Part shown: positions 13,001 to 25,595 of the stretch, one piece after another | How the letters are laid out: each line of letters opens with the position of its first letter | How positions within the stretch are numbered: the stretch's first letter is position 1 | Assembly: GCA_035084275.1 (NCBI GenBank) | Contig: CM068746.1 | Span: 37,572,001 to 37,636,000, forward strand | Origin: Hydrolagus colliei | Lineage: Eukaryota | Reading direction: 5' to 3' | Length of the DNA stretch: 64,000 nt | Position numbers and translations under genes: made by a program | The notes under the pieces: generated by a model | Databases searched by the model: none | The model's input: only the letters and a program-made list of their open reading frames with translations | What the model was told of the DNA's origin: nothing

Positions 13001-14292
13001 ACACACACTGATTGCACTTGAAACAGTTCAAGAAATGCTCATAGCCTGCCCGTAGTGATGGTATATAAGATACAAAGTGGAAATCTAGAGCATTTTACTT
13101 GCATCTAATTAGGCAGCATACATCTCATCAACAGGAGACAAACATCTCATTATAATTGTAGAACTGTGTTGTGCTTTGCACAATCCAGTTGTTCAATTAT
13201 CAACGTTAATATCCAGAGGCATTTAAAGTTATTGTATCACTTATCATTATTCCCTACAGACCATCAAATTGAATTTTAGATCACAAAAATCATTTCTTGC
13301 AGAGACAAGTGCAATCGTATTTTGATGGACAAATCAGTCTTTCATAAGCAGCAATCAGCATTATGTTTAGATTTCCTTGACAAGATCACTCCTGACTTCA
13401 CAATTCAATATGCAACCAAATGGAACCACTGAATGATTCTCAATTACAATCACATATACAGTATTGCAATGTGCAACAAATTCACTACTTATTTACGTGG
13501 ATTTACAAACTCATTCTCTCTATGTATAACATGAATATCTCAACGTTAGCAACATTGTTAATTGTGTGAGCTTCCCTGGTAGCGCCAACGACACAGGAGA
13601 ATCTGTGATCTTCCAACGTTAGTGAAACCATAGAACAACAACTTGCACTTATACAGCGTCTCAAGAGATCCCAAATCCACTAGATGCAATGGGAGGACGT
13701 TTGTTTGCTCCAACATCCCACCAGCAAATTTGCATTGTTAACCCAAACTTTAAAAAAAATATTTTGGATCAAACTCTTTTTAGTGGTCTGGTTAATACTC
13801 AGCATAGTGAACACTGTATACTAAGCATCAATCAGACCACTCAAAAGGAAAGGGTGCATTAAATACAGAACAAGTGGGAATAGCACATCCAGGAACATTC
13901 ATGCTGCAAAGTGTGTTGCATCCAAAGGCAGAGATAGCGACAGTAAAGGCTCAATGGACTGAACATTGTTCTAATGCTGCAATTGCTATGATCAACAACA
14001 ACAAAATTACATTTATAGAGCGCCCTTCACGTCAGGAGAATGTCCCAAGGAGCTGATGATACTACATTCAGAAATAAATATTCACAATTCATTTGAACTA
14101 CAATCATTAGCCAATGTTAACGGAACTAAACTGGATGGGACAGCTTTCAAACAACTGGGAACAAACATACTCAGAATTAAGGATAATTTTCTGTTCAGTA
14201 TCTAAATATAGTTACAATACAGTGACATACTATTATTGTGAAACAAACCCTTGGCTTTTATAAACAGTTTTGATCTATTTATTTTTGCTGTG

Positions 14293-14640
14293 AACAACAA
14301 CAACTTTGATTTATCTAGCGCCCTCCACGCCGGATGGAGTCTCAGAGCCCTTCACAATAGCGGATCCCGGGACCAAGCCAGGGTGACCAAAGGCGCAGTC
14401 GAAGAGAAAGGTCTTCAGCTGGGACCTGAAACTGAGAAAGGAGGGGGCAAGACAAAGGTAGTGAGGAAGGGAATTCCAGAGCCTCGGGGCATAGTGGCTG
14501 AAGGCCCGGCCGCCGAGGATGGATTGGAGGATTCGGGGGGACATGGAGGAGGCCAGACCCGATGGAGCAAAGGCAACGGGAACTGGTTTGAGGAGAGAGG
14601 AGGTCAGAGAGGTAGGGAGGTGCAGAGGAGTGGAGGGATT
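14293..14640 (-). mobile_element. L2 family-2 3' end (5'-truncated)
   Basis: Reverse frame GGRAFSHYAPRLWNSLPHYL...SFRSQLKTFLFDCAF, with tail gcgtggagggcgctagataaatcaaagttgttgttg. Confidence 0.88.
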
Positions 14641-17604
14641 TGTCAGCCAGATGCCTAATGTATGCAGAAACCCTTCACCATGCTTAAGAGAATCTAAACC
14701 AGACTGAGTTTCACATATGCATGCCACCTACACATAGAAATGTCTCTGTGTCTGGAATGAAACATACTCCATTGAGGACTGAGAAGAGCCAAGGCATGTG
14801 GACCTCAAAGTATGCACTGGGGTTTTAAGCCGAACCAACTAAAATAAGCATATCCTGCCATTAAGTGCAAGCTTCCCGCTGCTTGCGAGCACTGTCTGGC
14901 AAGCTTTCTGCTTAAGGAATACCCTACTGGTTAGGGATTTGACTTGTGGGGTTGAGTGAGTGGGCAGAATCCCTACTTCCATTGACTGGTCCTCCAAGAC
15001 TTGCTGAAGTCCCAGGCTGACTGGCTGGTCTGTTATGAGCAACACCCAGGAATACTGTAAACACACATGGCTAAGGAACCAGACAACTGAGACCACCACA
15101 GAGGGTCGATTCTATTCTGATATTCTATTGACAAGCATGTCAAGCCAGCCTAAATTATGATTAATCAGTGCACACCAGTATAAGAAAAGCACTAGAAAAT
15201 ATATGCTTCTTCTGGCATCCTGCCAACAATTTATCAGATAAAATTGGTCATTCACTTCATGGCTGTTTGTGGGACACGGCCATTTGCCAATTGAATGCCA
15301 CCTTCAAAATACAAGCTCAATACACTTTGTAGTGAATCCTATGAATTGCTTTGACACAAAATGAAAGATGATAGGAGTATTATTATACATTACATTTTTG
15401 ATATTTTCCACCGATAAAAAATAGAGTACCACGCATATCAGATTCAATTTTGCGATATAAAAGGAGTTTTTAATTAAGGATTCAAATGGGGACTCCATCG
15501 GTACCTGAAAGTACATCACACAGACCACCCTGACTCTGGGTAACCCTGCTCTGAATGTAAGAGTTGGGCTCTTACAAGTCAGTGTTAAGCACAATTTGTG
15601 ATGAAGAAATCAAATAAAATTATTGTAGAAATCAACAACATCATCTTGTCCACAAAATTAACTAGAAAGATTAGGAGTTCTGACCCCAAGACATTCTCTG
15701 CTTAAAGGTCTCTTAGTTTTAATCCACAACTGGGACACTGCTGTGCGCAATTAGCTGCTGCTACAAAATACAGTCAATCCACTTTACAAATATTCGGTGA
15801 AGTGCTTTGAGACGTCTCAACGACGTGATAAACTGCTACACTAAATGCAGGGATTATTATTATTATAGCTTAAAGTAGAGACTTCATCTTGGAATCTCTC
15901 CAACTCTGTATGAAGCTGCTTGTAATTATGTAGTTTGATTGTAATGCTATCAAAGCTTTACAATCTTAAAAGTTAATTTACTAAAACAGCAGCTTGGAAG
16001 AAAAAATAAGCCTAGGGTTGCTAGTTCCCTAGCAACCCTTTGCTGGTGAGAAGACTGTTTGGTCATTAGATCGCAGCTGAAACAATGGCAACGCTTTATG
16101 ATTGGCTATTGAATCATTGTAAAAGTGCTGGCACAACCCGATCACACTCATTTTGAATTTCACTTGTGTACTGGTTACTGCTGCGGACATTTTAAAACTT
16201 AAAATATTTTAAAACCCTATTTAGCTGCAACAATAACATAACGATAACGTAATGATTAGAACAGTAGTCAGGAAACCCAAAGCTTTGCCTTTTGCCAATA
16301 GAATCACTCACATAGTGAAACCGACAATTTTACACACCCATGTATCTGGTCATTCACTGCACCTAATTATTGTATATTAATTATTAATTCACTTTATAGT
16401 ATATTTGTGAAGTGCATTGAGACATCTCAAAATGTGATATTATTATTATTATTATTATTATAAGCACTGGGTATTTTGAAGCCAGGTTTGGGACTTTTTA
16501 AACTGTAGTCATGACATATGAAGTATATCTATGAAGAATAAACTTTCAAGTTTTCAGGAATAGTAAATAGCAAAAGCACTATCCCTCTTACAAAGCAATT
16601 ATATTTGACAAATTTATAAACCTGTATATACTTAACTGTACAATGCATCACACTGATTTCATGTATTTCATCAACAAAATTTAGCCACTACATTTTACAG
16701 TAATATAGTAAGCAGTAAGCAATTTGACATGCTCTTGACGACATGATAGAGCACTATATCAAATAGATTATTGTATTTAAAATAAATTAGTTTCTGGTAT
16801 TTTTTTCAAATGAATCCTTTCTGAAAGCAATCTCAAGTCTCATGCTGAGTTTTCAGTTACAGTAGAATGAACAGAGCCAGACACCTACAGAGGCAATGCG
16901 CATCTCAACATATAGTACAGCCTACACATTTTCAGCACAAAGTCTAACACCTAATAAACACTTCGAACATCTGCCCCATGCTGATCAATAATGAATGATT
17001 ACAACACAAAGATTTTCACACACTGCATCCTCATCCATTTTCTTCCACTCCTTTTACCTACAATCTGTCATAAATCTTTTCAGTGTTGAGCGATGACAGC
17101 TGTAGTAGCAGCCCCTGGAGACACTAGTTTTTTTTAAATGACTATATGGAACAGTCATTTGTTACTTTCCCAAAAAAGTTATGTCTACATTGTCAATTGT
17201 TTTATATAAAGTAGATCATTTGATCAGTCACATATCAGCAATTGCAAGTGAACTTTCAGCAACAACAAGTCCTTTGAGAAATGAGTTCCAAGATTAGACT
17301 GACAAAAGTAGATTTAACTATAATATGTGCATCATTATATTTCCTAATGACATATGGAAGACTTTTAAATCTAATTCAATAACTGAAGTTGGTGTTGTAG
17401 TTTCATTCAGTAATAATAATAATCCTTGCATTTGATATAGTGCCTTATCACGTTGTTGAGGAGTCTCAAAGCTCTTCACAAAATATACTTTAAAGTGGAT
17501 TATCTATGTATTTTGTGGACGAAAGGCCAATTGTGCACAGCAGCATTCCACAAACAGTCGTGGATTGAGCGAACAATTTTTTTATTTGCAAACAGAGTTT
17601 AATG

Positions 17605-18085
17605 CATCCCATCTACATATGGAAATTTCAGAGATAGATTGTTGGAATGGAATGCACACTTTCTCCCTGTGGGGACCAATCCTGTTTGCCTAATCCCATA
17701 GAGTATTAGGATCAGGTTGACAAAATCCTTGTGTGCATTGTTGTACTGCTGGAGTCTAATCAGCTAAACCCACATTGCTCACCTGAAAGTACTCTCTGAT
17801 AAGCTTTCCCGCTGCTTGTCCAGCTAGGACCACCCCGAGCCTGTCGGGGCTTTGGTTTGAGGATTAACAGGATCTGAATAGGAAGGGTACCTGTCCCCAG
17901 TGACTTGTCTGCCCTTCCTGACAGGCTGGTTCTGCTGTCATCAGCAGATCTCAAGAGTAATGTGGCTCAGGAACTGGACTACACAGAGGGTTGACTCAAT
18001 TCAGGCATTCTGTTACCAAACACATTACAGTGGAATCAGTTCAGGCTCCAAGGAGTCCCTACTTAATCCTTGCCAAGGAGGATAA
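17605..18085. mobile_element. Unclassified old interspersed repeat (family X)
   Basis: Shares aagctt(t)cccgctgcttgtccagcta and gagatagattgttggaatgga with copies near 14850-15140, 41300-41711, 46705-46990 and 62540-62590. Confidence 0.6.
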
Positions 18086-18811
18086 TAATATTCCTTCCAT
18101 TTGCTATAGCGCCATACCAAGTCGTCGAGATGTTTTAAAGAGCTTTATAGAATACACTGTAATGTGAAGTGACTGTGTGTTTAGTGGGGATAGACGGGTA
18201 AGCTCATATCTTTGCATACAATTTCCCCCCAATGGCAAATAGTCCTATGGTGATGAGCCAAATGAAGCCTGGAGTATGAGTTATCCCTTGCCACTCTTGT
18301 AAGCATGATGATCAGTCATAGCCATACTCATGAAAGTCTGAAATAGCTCTACAGCCTTCCTCATGTGCAGTGGGGATGTGGTGGACAAGAAGAGAGAAAA
18401 TTAACTGCAACTTAGAATACATTATATTCAGAACTTACTTGAAGGAAATAGGCCTACAGTGTGGTAAAGAACAAAGGATGCAACAGGTTTGCAAAGAAAC
18501 AGATGAATTTCCAAATTTGGGTTTAAAATCATATAATTAAACACGGGGGAGGAAATTAGTTTCAGTGTTAAAATCCTAGGAATCAATGGTTTCCATAAAA
18601 GAGAAAAAAAGGCATACATTAAAACCTCTCCAGTAGTGATGGAACTGATTCAACAAGCAACTAATATTGTAAAAAGATACTGATAACAAATGACGAGGAA
18701 ATACAGTACCTGAGATAAAATAACAATCCCTTGGTCGTTTTTTGAGTGAGCTCATCTCAGCTGTCCATTACAAAATCTTCCCTCATCTCTTCTATTTTCA
18801 AGCCAAGAGTC

Positions 18812-19300
18812 CATAATAATACAATCCTTGCATTTGATACAGAGGTTTATCATGACGTTGGGAGGACAACACAAGGTACGTTTCACAGAACATCACTGTA
18901 AAGTGTGATACTGTAACTATTTGTAGGCAAACATGGTAGCCAATTAGATTACAGTAATATCCCAAAACCAACAATGAGTAATTAAGTGGCCAATTGTATT
19001 TGGGGGATTGTTGACCAGGATACCTGGAGAAACTTTCCACCCTTTAAGCGCTGAGACGCCGTCTGGCGTGGAGGGCGCTATATAAATCAAAGTTGTTGTT
19101 GTTGATGCAACCATGAGAGCTTTAACATTTATCCGAACAGGTAGGCAGGACTTCAGTTTAATGTCTCATCCAAAGGACGACTTCTCCAACAACACAACAC
19201 TCCCCAGCACTGCACTGAAAGTCCCAAATTGAAAGTCCCAAAGTGGGGCTTGAATACACAATCTTTTGACTCAGGAGGCGAGAATGTTACCATGAGCCAG
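18812..19300 (-). mobile_element. Deu-domain SINE (family B) interrupted by an L2 family-2 tail stub (about 19047-19104)
   Basis: cagtttaatgtctcatccaaaggacga...cccagcactgcactg body and a tRNA-like head. The stub gacgccgtctggcgtggagggcgctatataaatcaaagttgttg is on the + strand. Confidence 0.75.
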
Positions 19301-19384
19301 GATGAGGGGGGGGGGGGGGGGGGGGGGTTATAACACATGCCTGAGCTAAACCTCTGTCTCACAGGGTGGCCTGAAATTATTAAG

Positions 19385-19770
19385 AACAACCCTTACATTT
19401 GGTTTAGCACTTTTCATGTTGGGAGGATAGTCCGAAGCACAACACAGGATTTACTATAAAATGGGATTGACTGCACATTTGCAGCAGCTGAATTGAACAC
19501 AGCAATTTCCCGCAAATAGCCATGAAATGAGTGACCAATTTTATTTGGGGGTATTATTGGCCAGAGCATCAGGAGAAGCTCTCTTCTCTTTTTGAATAGT
19601 GCTATGAGATCTTTAAAGTCCACCTGAACAGGCAATTGGGACCTGAGTTTATCGTCTCATCTGAACGATGGCACCTCCAGCAATGCAAAATACCCCAGCA
19701 CTGCAACGGAGTGTCAGATGAGACCATGTGAGTTCAAGTCCTAATGTGCTACCACTTAGCCAGGCTGACA
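19385..19770 (-). mobile_element. Deu-domain SINE (family B)
   Basis: tttttgaatagtgctatgagatctttaaagtccacctgaacaggc...gtttatcgtctcatctgaacgatggcacctcc matches the DeuSINE central domain (AmnSINE1/SacSINE1 type) as recalled. Confidence 0.8.
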
Positions 19771-21037
19771 GACTTTCAATAGAACTGAAAGAACATTAAA
19801 GCAGGGCCATGCCATTGGGAAGTAAAAACATGGTCATGTTAAACAGAACTATTCAGGGTTTCCAATTGTGTGCTGGATCAAAGCAAATCTTTTCAACAAT
19901 AATGAAGAATCATGGGTTTCCTTTTCCAGAAACATTTCATCATTTACACATCAGATTGGCATTTCTTCAACTTATTTGCAGTGAAAACAGCACAGATATT
20001 TCAGTCACAAAAGAACTGCTGTATGGCATTATCACGGGCTGTTGCTACATGCCTTTCCTCCCTGCCACTAATTAGTGCATTAAACCAACCCTTCCCTTTG
20101 AGTTGTACGGATGTGTCCTCCACCCTCTATTAGTAACTAAGTTAATTTTACTCATAAGTTGCCTGAATCTTTCCAGCATAAAAATTAGGCAAGGATGAGC
20201 AAGCTGTGAAAAAACGTTTTGGGTAACTTTCCAGGTTAAATACATTTCCAAACATATATTTGGAAGAACTAACTTATTGGAAGAGCTAGAAAATAGCATA
20301 TGAATCCGTGAGGCTGAGCAGAGGAGTTGGTAAGAATTAAATATTAAATTTAATACCAATTGAACAGTGCTGTAGTTACGTCTTTTCCATCAGCATTGGC
20401 TTTCGATTACAGATATTATAATTGTTTTATAAACATTCCAAGACATTTACCCTAACCTGCAGGCATGAGACATGACCGCATCTGATGAATATTTCCCAGC
20501 AGAGCAGAGGCATGAAACAACAGCATACTTGCCTCACAGAACAGGGTCTGACTAATCCGTGGGTTAGTGATTTACAGGCTCCAAGCACAGACACTCCCTT
20601 TTGGAACCCAAGGAGATGCTCATACCATTTCTAGGATTCAGCTCTGGTGGGGGTAGAGAATAAGAGATGACCTGGGATTATTTATAGACTAACATACCTC
20701 AGTAGGGGAGGAAAAAGAAACCCGTTTTAAACAGCACACGGACTGGCTGCACAGTGAGGGTCTATTTCTGGTATGTGTTTTAAAAACATTCAACAAAACA
20801 CCGCACAATAGACAGGGGGAAAAAAAATCAATACCTCTTGGTTAGCCTCAACAACAAAAGGCCGTATTCTGAAAAAAATATGCTGCACAGCATAAGCCAA
20901 GATGTAATCTTAACAGATGTTTTAACACAAGCATCTCCTACATCCTTCCTCCACACACACACACACACCCACCCCCTTTCAGAATCTCTGCTGCCTGCCT
21001 TTAGCATCAATTCTGGATGCAATAGATATTGCTGTAC

Positions 21038-21075
21038 CTTTCTGAAGAAGACGACTTTCCAGAGTTAACTGACAT
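21038..21075 (-). CDS. SRPK2: SRPK2 alternative first coding exon (MSVNS- isoform)
   Basis: ATG TCA GTT AAC TCT GGA AAG TCG TCT TCT TCA GAA AG|gtacag = MSVNSGKSSSSE plus AG. The AG joins the G at 1698 to give Arg, in frame. Human short isoform starts MSVNSEKSSSSERPEPQQK (from memory). Confidence 0.92.
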
Positions 21076-21800
21076 CAGCAGCTCAATCTTCTGCTTGGAT
21101 TCTGGAAAAATTAGAAAACGTTCAGAAACGAGTACCTCTGTCTTTGGTCTTTTGAAAAAAAAATGACCTAATGTCCAGCCAGCAATTTTATATATTTTTT
21201 CATATAGATACATATATCATTTTTTTTAACAAAAAGGATGAGGCCACAGGTTTCAAATGCTTCTGGATGTGCTGCAATGCTCTGTTGCTGAGAGAGAGGG
21301 GGAGAGGGAGGGAGGGAGGGAGGGAGAGAGAATGCTTCAGAGGAATCAAGCTTCACTAAAATATGCACATGACCGTTTATGAAAACAGGAAGTACAGTAC
21401 CACTTTGCTCACTGTAGGGGTAGCTTTGCAGGCTGTACCATCCTTCACTCTCACAGATGATATCTGTCACACCAGATGGAGTGATTATATATCAGAACAC
21501 ATGTGCCAGCTTGAAAGAAGCGTCGTTTGAAGGGTTGTCTGATATTTCGGACTTATTGTGACCTCAATCTTAACCAATCAAATCAGCCTTCCAGGTGCTG
21601 CTGCAAATATTATACAGAGTCCTTTTTCTTTAAACAAACTGCGACTATCTGAAAAGGCAGGTTCAGTCAGCCTGTCAGATTTACAGCTCAACTACACAAT
21701 GCTACTCCAGACACATCAAATCATTCGTCTGATCTAAATCAGCTCGTGTAAATCCGTTGATATTTCATGAGAAATAAATGCCCATCAGCACACAGAAATC
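21076..21800 (-). promoter_or_regulatory. Putative 5'UTR and internal promoter of the MSVNS isoform
   Basis: Directly upstream of the ATG in a stretch without recognisable TEs (about 19.8-22.4 kb). Contains a (GGGA)n tract near 21298-21325, an E-box CACATGAC near 21367 and an ETS core ACAGGAAGT near 21385. TSS not determinable. Confidence 0.5.
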
Positions 21801-22519
21801 AGAAAGTCTTTCAAAAATTGCTATTGTATCTCAGTTGGCATAATGCTGCAACTGGGTAAAAGTTCCAAGGCAAAATCCAAAAGGAAATGAGATTAGCAAT
21901 TAATGTAATTATTTCTTCAAAAGAAAGAGAAATACGCAGCATAATATATGCAGTAAGTAAAAATGCCTGAACTATTTCAGCAGCTTTTGCACAGTTATTT
22001 TATGCCTAATAACACAGGGAGTGTCAACACATTTCATTATGCTGTACAGATATGTGCCCTTATTTATACACTGCACATTTGAGCTCTACATTACAGTCCC
22101 ACAATTTATGGGCCCACATGAATATGATTGCTGTAGTTTATCTTCTGTTTACCTTGCATTTTGCTGGGGTTTTTTTTAAATGCTAGGGGATTTTCATTAG
22201 AAGAAAAATGCCAATCAATAAATGTAATACTATATAACCCTTCCAATCTACAGACTGGCTACTTTAAACAAAATTTTGAAGTGTTGTTTTACAATTTAGA
22301 AAATGTACAGTATGTGTCAATGTGCCAAAATGGCACAATACAATTGATACTAATTTCCCAAGCAATGTATTTCCAATTCTGACAAGCAGATGAATCAAAT
22401 CCAAGCTGTGATTTACAAAAAAAACTTATATTTGATATAGGGCCTTTCACATCAGAAGGACAGCACAAAGTGGTGGAGAAGGTTTACTGAAAAGTATAGT
22501 GATTGTATTTTTGTAGATA

Positions 22520-22930
22520 CCATAAAAATACACAGTAGCTGATCATGATATACTTCAAAGCGATTCATAGGTAATTATCGTCAAGTGTAGTAACTGTATT
22601 TGTAGACAAATACAGCAGCCATTGGCACAAACAAGGTCCCACTAAGAGTCAATTAATTTGCAAGTCTATTGCACACCAGGGATACTAGAAGAAACTCCAT
22701 TCTATTTTTGAATACTATAATAGGTTAGTTAACATCCACCTGAATGTTCTGTCTTAGAGCTTGTAGCAATGGAGTATCAAGCTTATTCTAGATTTAGAGG
22801 TCAAATCCTGATGTGAGGGCTCGAATATACAATCTTTTGCCTTACAACAACAACAACTTTGATTTATATACCACCCTACACGCTGGACGGCGTCTCAGAG
22901 CGTTTCCCAATAACAGTTTGCGAGTGGGTG
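22520..22930 (-). mobile_element. Degraded Deu-domain SINE with an L2 family-2 tail stub in its head (about 22845-22915)
   Basis: tttttgaatactataataggttagttaacatccacctgaa, then caacaacaactttgatttatataccaccctacacgctggacggcgtctcagagcg. Confidence 0.65.
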
Positions 22931-22964
22931 AGAGACAAATAGACACAGTGTTCAATCATGAAAA

Positions 22965-23296
22965 GAATAATTCTTGCATTTGATATAACGTTTTTCACAT
23001 CTTATCGACGTCCCAAAGCGCTTCACAGAATATACTGTAAAGTGAATTGACTGTATATTTGTGGGCGAATCGCGGCAGTCAATTGCGCATAGCAGTGTCC
23101 CACAATTAGGCATAGATTGAAATGACCAATTTTATTATTGTGATTTTTTTTGGAAGGATTATTATTTGGCGTGTGGAGTTAGGAAACTTGCCCAAGATTT
23201 CACCCTGACCTGCCTGGATTCGAACACAGATCTCCCCAGCTTGGTCTCCCCAGCTTGCAAGACAAGTGCTCTAACCACTAAACCACAGGAGCTCCA
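22965..23296 (-). mobile_element. SINE family A, near full length
   Basis: Head ggagctcctgtggtttagtggttagagcac with B box gttcgaatcc, and complete tail. 14-bp internal tandem duplication tctccccagcttg. Confidence 0.9.
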
Positions 23297-23489
23297 TGGT
23301 TAATAAAAAGAATCAACAAATATGGTTTCAGATTTAGAATATGTCAAAGAACTAATTGGCTTAAAGGGAATGTATAAAGAAACCTCTATGAGAAAGGCAC
23401 TCTCTTCAGATACCAGACAGCATCATCAAGCACTGACAGACAGAGTCAAAATTGTTCCACAGATCCATTGGTAATTCCATAACAGATAG

Positions 23490-24620
23490 ATATTTACAAT
23501 TCAGAAGGAAGTCAATTAGACCAACATAATTGTGCTAGCTATCTGAAAGTTATCCATTTAGTCTCATTTTCCTTCCTTTCCCCATATCATTCTATATATT
23601 TTTCCTTTTCCAATATTTTATAGCACCTTTGAATGTCCTACCAACGTGAAAGGTGCTATACAACTATAATTGTGTATTTTAATTCACTCTTTCAGGTTAA
23701 TATATCAACCACAGTTCCAGATAGGTCATTCCAAAAGCGAACAACTCTATGTGTAAAAATATTTCTCGTATGCTCTCCCTTTGTCGTTAGTAATTACTTT
23801 ATTTCACTAACTGAATGACATAAGATTTAATTTATTTCAGTTTAACCTGTCAAGCCCCCATCATATTTTTTAAAAAAAACTTGATCATATCTCTTTTCAA
23901 CCTCTCTTGGGAATACAGCCCAGGTTTCTGCTAACTTTCCTCATATGCAAAACCTCATTGGTGGTATCGTCCTACAGCTCCTAGGGATGTCCTTCCGACA
24001 TGAAAGGAGCTATACAAATGTAATTTTGTTGTTGTTGTCCTAGTTAATCTGCACCCTCTCTATAACCTTTATATCCTTCCCTTAGTGGGGGGTAAACAAA
24101 ATACTCCTAATGGTGATTTCTAGCTCTTTGGGACGTCCTCCCAACATGAAAGGTGCTCAATAAATGTAATTTTGTTGTTGATTTTATTGTTGTATACATC
24201 AATGGCCACAAAAACAAAGTGAACAAGCAATTTTTATTTGCGAGATTGTTAGCCATACCATATTTCTCTTTTCAAAGTGTTATAGGATTTTTAACGTTCA
24301 CCTGAATAGGCATAGGGGACCTCAGTTTAAGATCTCATCTTAATGAAAGCACCTTGCGTCAATGCAATGTTTCCTGATTGAAGTGTCTTCTAGGTTATGA
24401 TCTCAAAGTACTTAAGGTTGTTGGCATGAACATATAACCTTGTGACTCAAAAGACCAACGTGCTACCATCTAAGTCAGGCTGAACTATTCTATATCCCCA
24501 CTTATAAAACCTAGGATACCACTTACTTTTTTTCTCCCACAGCTTTATTGACTTGCCCTCCCATCTTTAATGATATGTGTATATTAACCTCTAAATTGTG
24601 CTTTTAACCATCTTCCAAAA
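23490..24620 (-). mobile_element. Old CR1 3' region fragmented by nested L2 stubs and a Deu SINE (about 24200-24485)
   Basis: tcattccaaaagcgaacaactctatgtgtaaaaatatttctc is the reverse of the CR1 RNFFTQRVV segment (compare 63830-63870). Stubs near 23620, 23975 and 24120. Confidence 0.65.
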
Positions 24621-24624
24621 CTTC

Positions 24625-25270
24625 TTCAGATCTCCCATCCCCAGGCTTGGTGTGAAGTCCAACCAGTGGTGTAAAGCTCTTTGAGAGAACCAGCCAATGT
24701 GAAAGGTGCCATGGAAATATAAATGGTATTGCTTAGGTCTTTCTGCTCTTCAGTTCCTTTAAAGATGCTATTGTTAAATGCATATTTAACAATAAATATG
24801 CTATTGTTAAATGCCAAGGTAAGGCCAAGTGGGAGCACATAAATAAAGAAGAGAGGAGCCGATGATAGAGCCGTGAAAAACACCACACACATCATTTTGC
24901 AGGAGCAAGAGGAGAAGCCATTTGAAGAAAGAAAGAGTGAAACCACGGTAGGACAAAACCGAGAAGGAGGAGAGGTGGTAGTGTTGGTCAACAAGGAGGC
25001 AAAGAAAGCCCTGGTTGCAAATGAAGAGAAAGTCATTTGTGAATTTGACGAGGGCAGTCTAGATACTGCAGACAGGGTAAAACCTAGATTGGAGGGGCTC
25101 ATATAGGCAAAGGAAAATGCGAAGCTGAGAAGCAACAACTCGATGCAACACCTTGGATTGGAAATGGTTAAAGATGGATGGGATGGTCATTTGAGTCCGC
25201 TAAAGGATCTAGGAAAAGTTTTTCAAGAAATGGGATTAGATGACAGCAGTTTTGAAGGAAGTGGGAACTG
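24625..25270 (-). mobile_element. Degraded L2 ORF2 (RT region) fragment
   Basis: gagaaagtcatttgtgaatttgacgagggcagt and gaggagaagccatttgaaga parallel the L2 RT fragment at 41712-42110. Confidence 0.6.
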
Positions 25271-25271
25271 T

Positions 25272-25595
25272 AATAATGATAATCTCTGCATTTGGTATAT
25301 CGCCTATCATGTCGGAAGGACCACTCAAAGAGCTTCACCTGATTTACTGTGAAATGGTGTGCCTGAATTTGTAAACAAACACGACAGCACCTCTGACAAT
25401 GTAAAACTCTGCCTCCCACCGCTCCCCCACCCCTGCATTGAGCGCTGCATTGGAGCGTCAGCTCAGCTGTGAGTTTTGAGTGCCGACGTGGGAATGAACC
25501 CACAACCTTCCGACTCAGAGTGGGACGTCCTCCCGCCACGAAAGGGACTCTACAAATGTAATTTTGTTGTTGCTACCACTGAGTTAAGCTGTCAC
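25272..25595 (-). mobile_element. Deu-type SINE (internally deleted) with an L2 tail stub in its tRNA head (about 25521-25572)
   Basis: Head ...gggaatgaacccacaaccttccgactcagag is split from ctaccactgagttaagctg by gggacgtcctcccgccacgaaagggactctacaaatgtaattttgttgttg. Confidence 0.7.

Larger units (their letters stand above)
1699..21037 (-). other. SRPK2: SRPK2 intron (19,339 bp, GT-AG, phase 2)
   Basis: GT at 21037-21036 and AG at 1700-1699 with compatible phases. Additional small cassette exons cannot be excluded. Confidence 0.85.

Noticed and set aside
23200-23296. tRNA genes suggested by A/B boxes (also near 32620-32700, 44800-44878, 51940-52010)
   Set aside because: These are SINE heads attached to SINE bodies, without a full cloverleaf.
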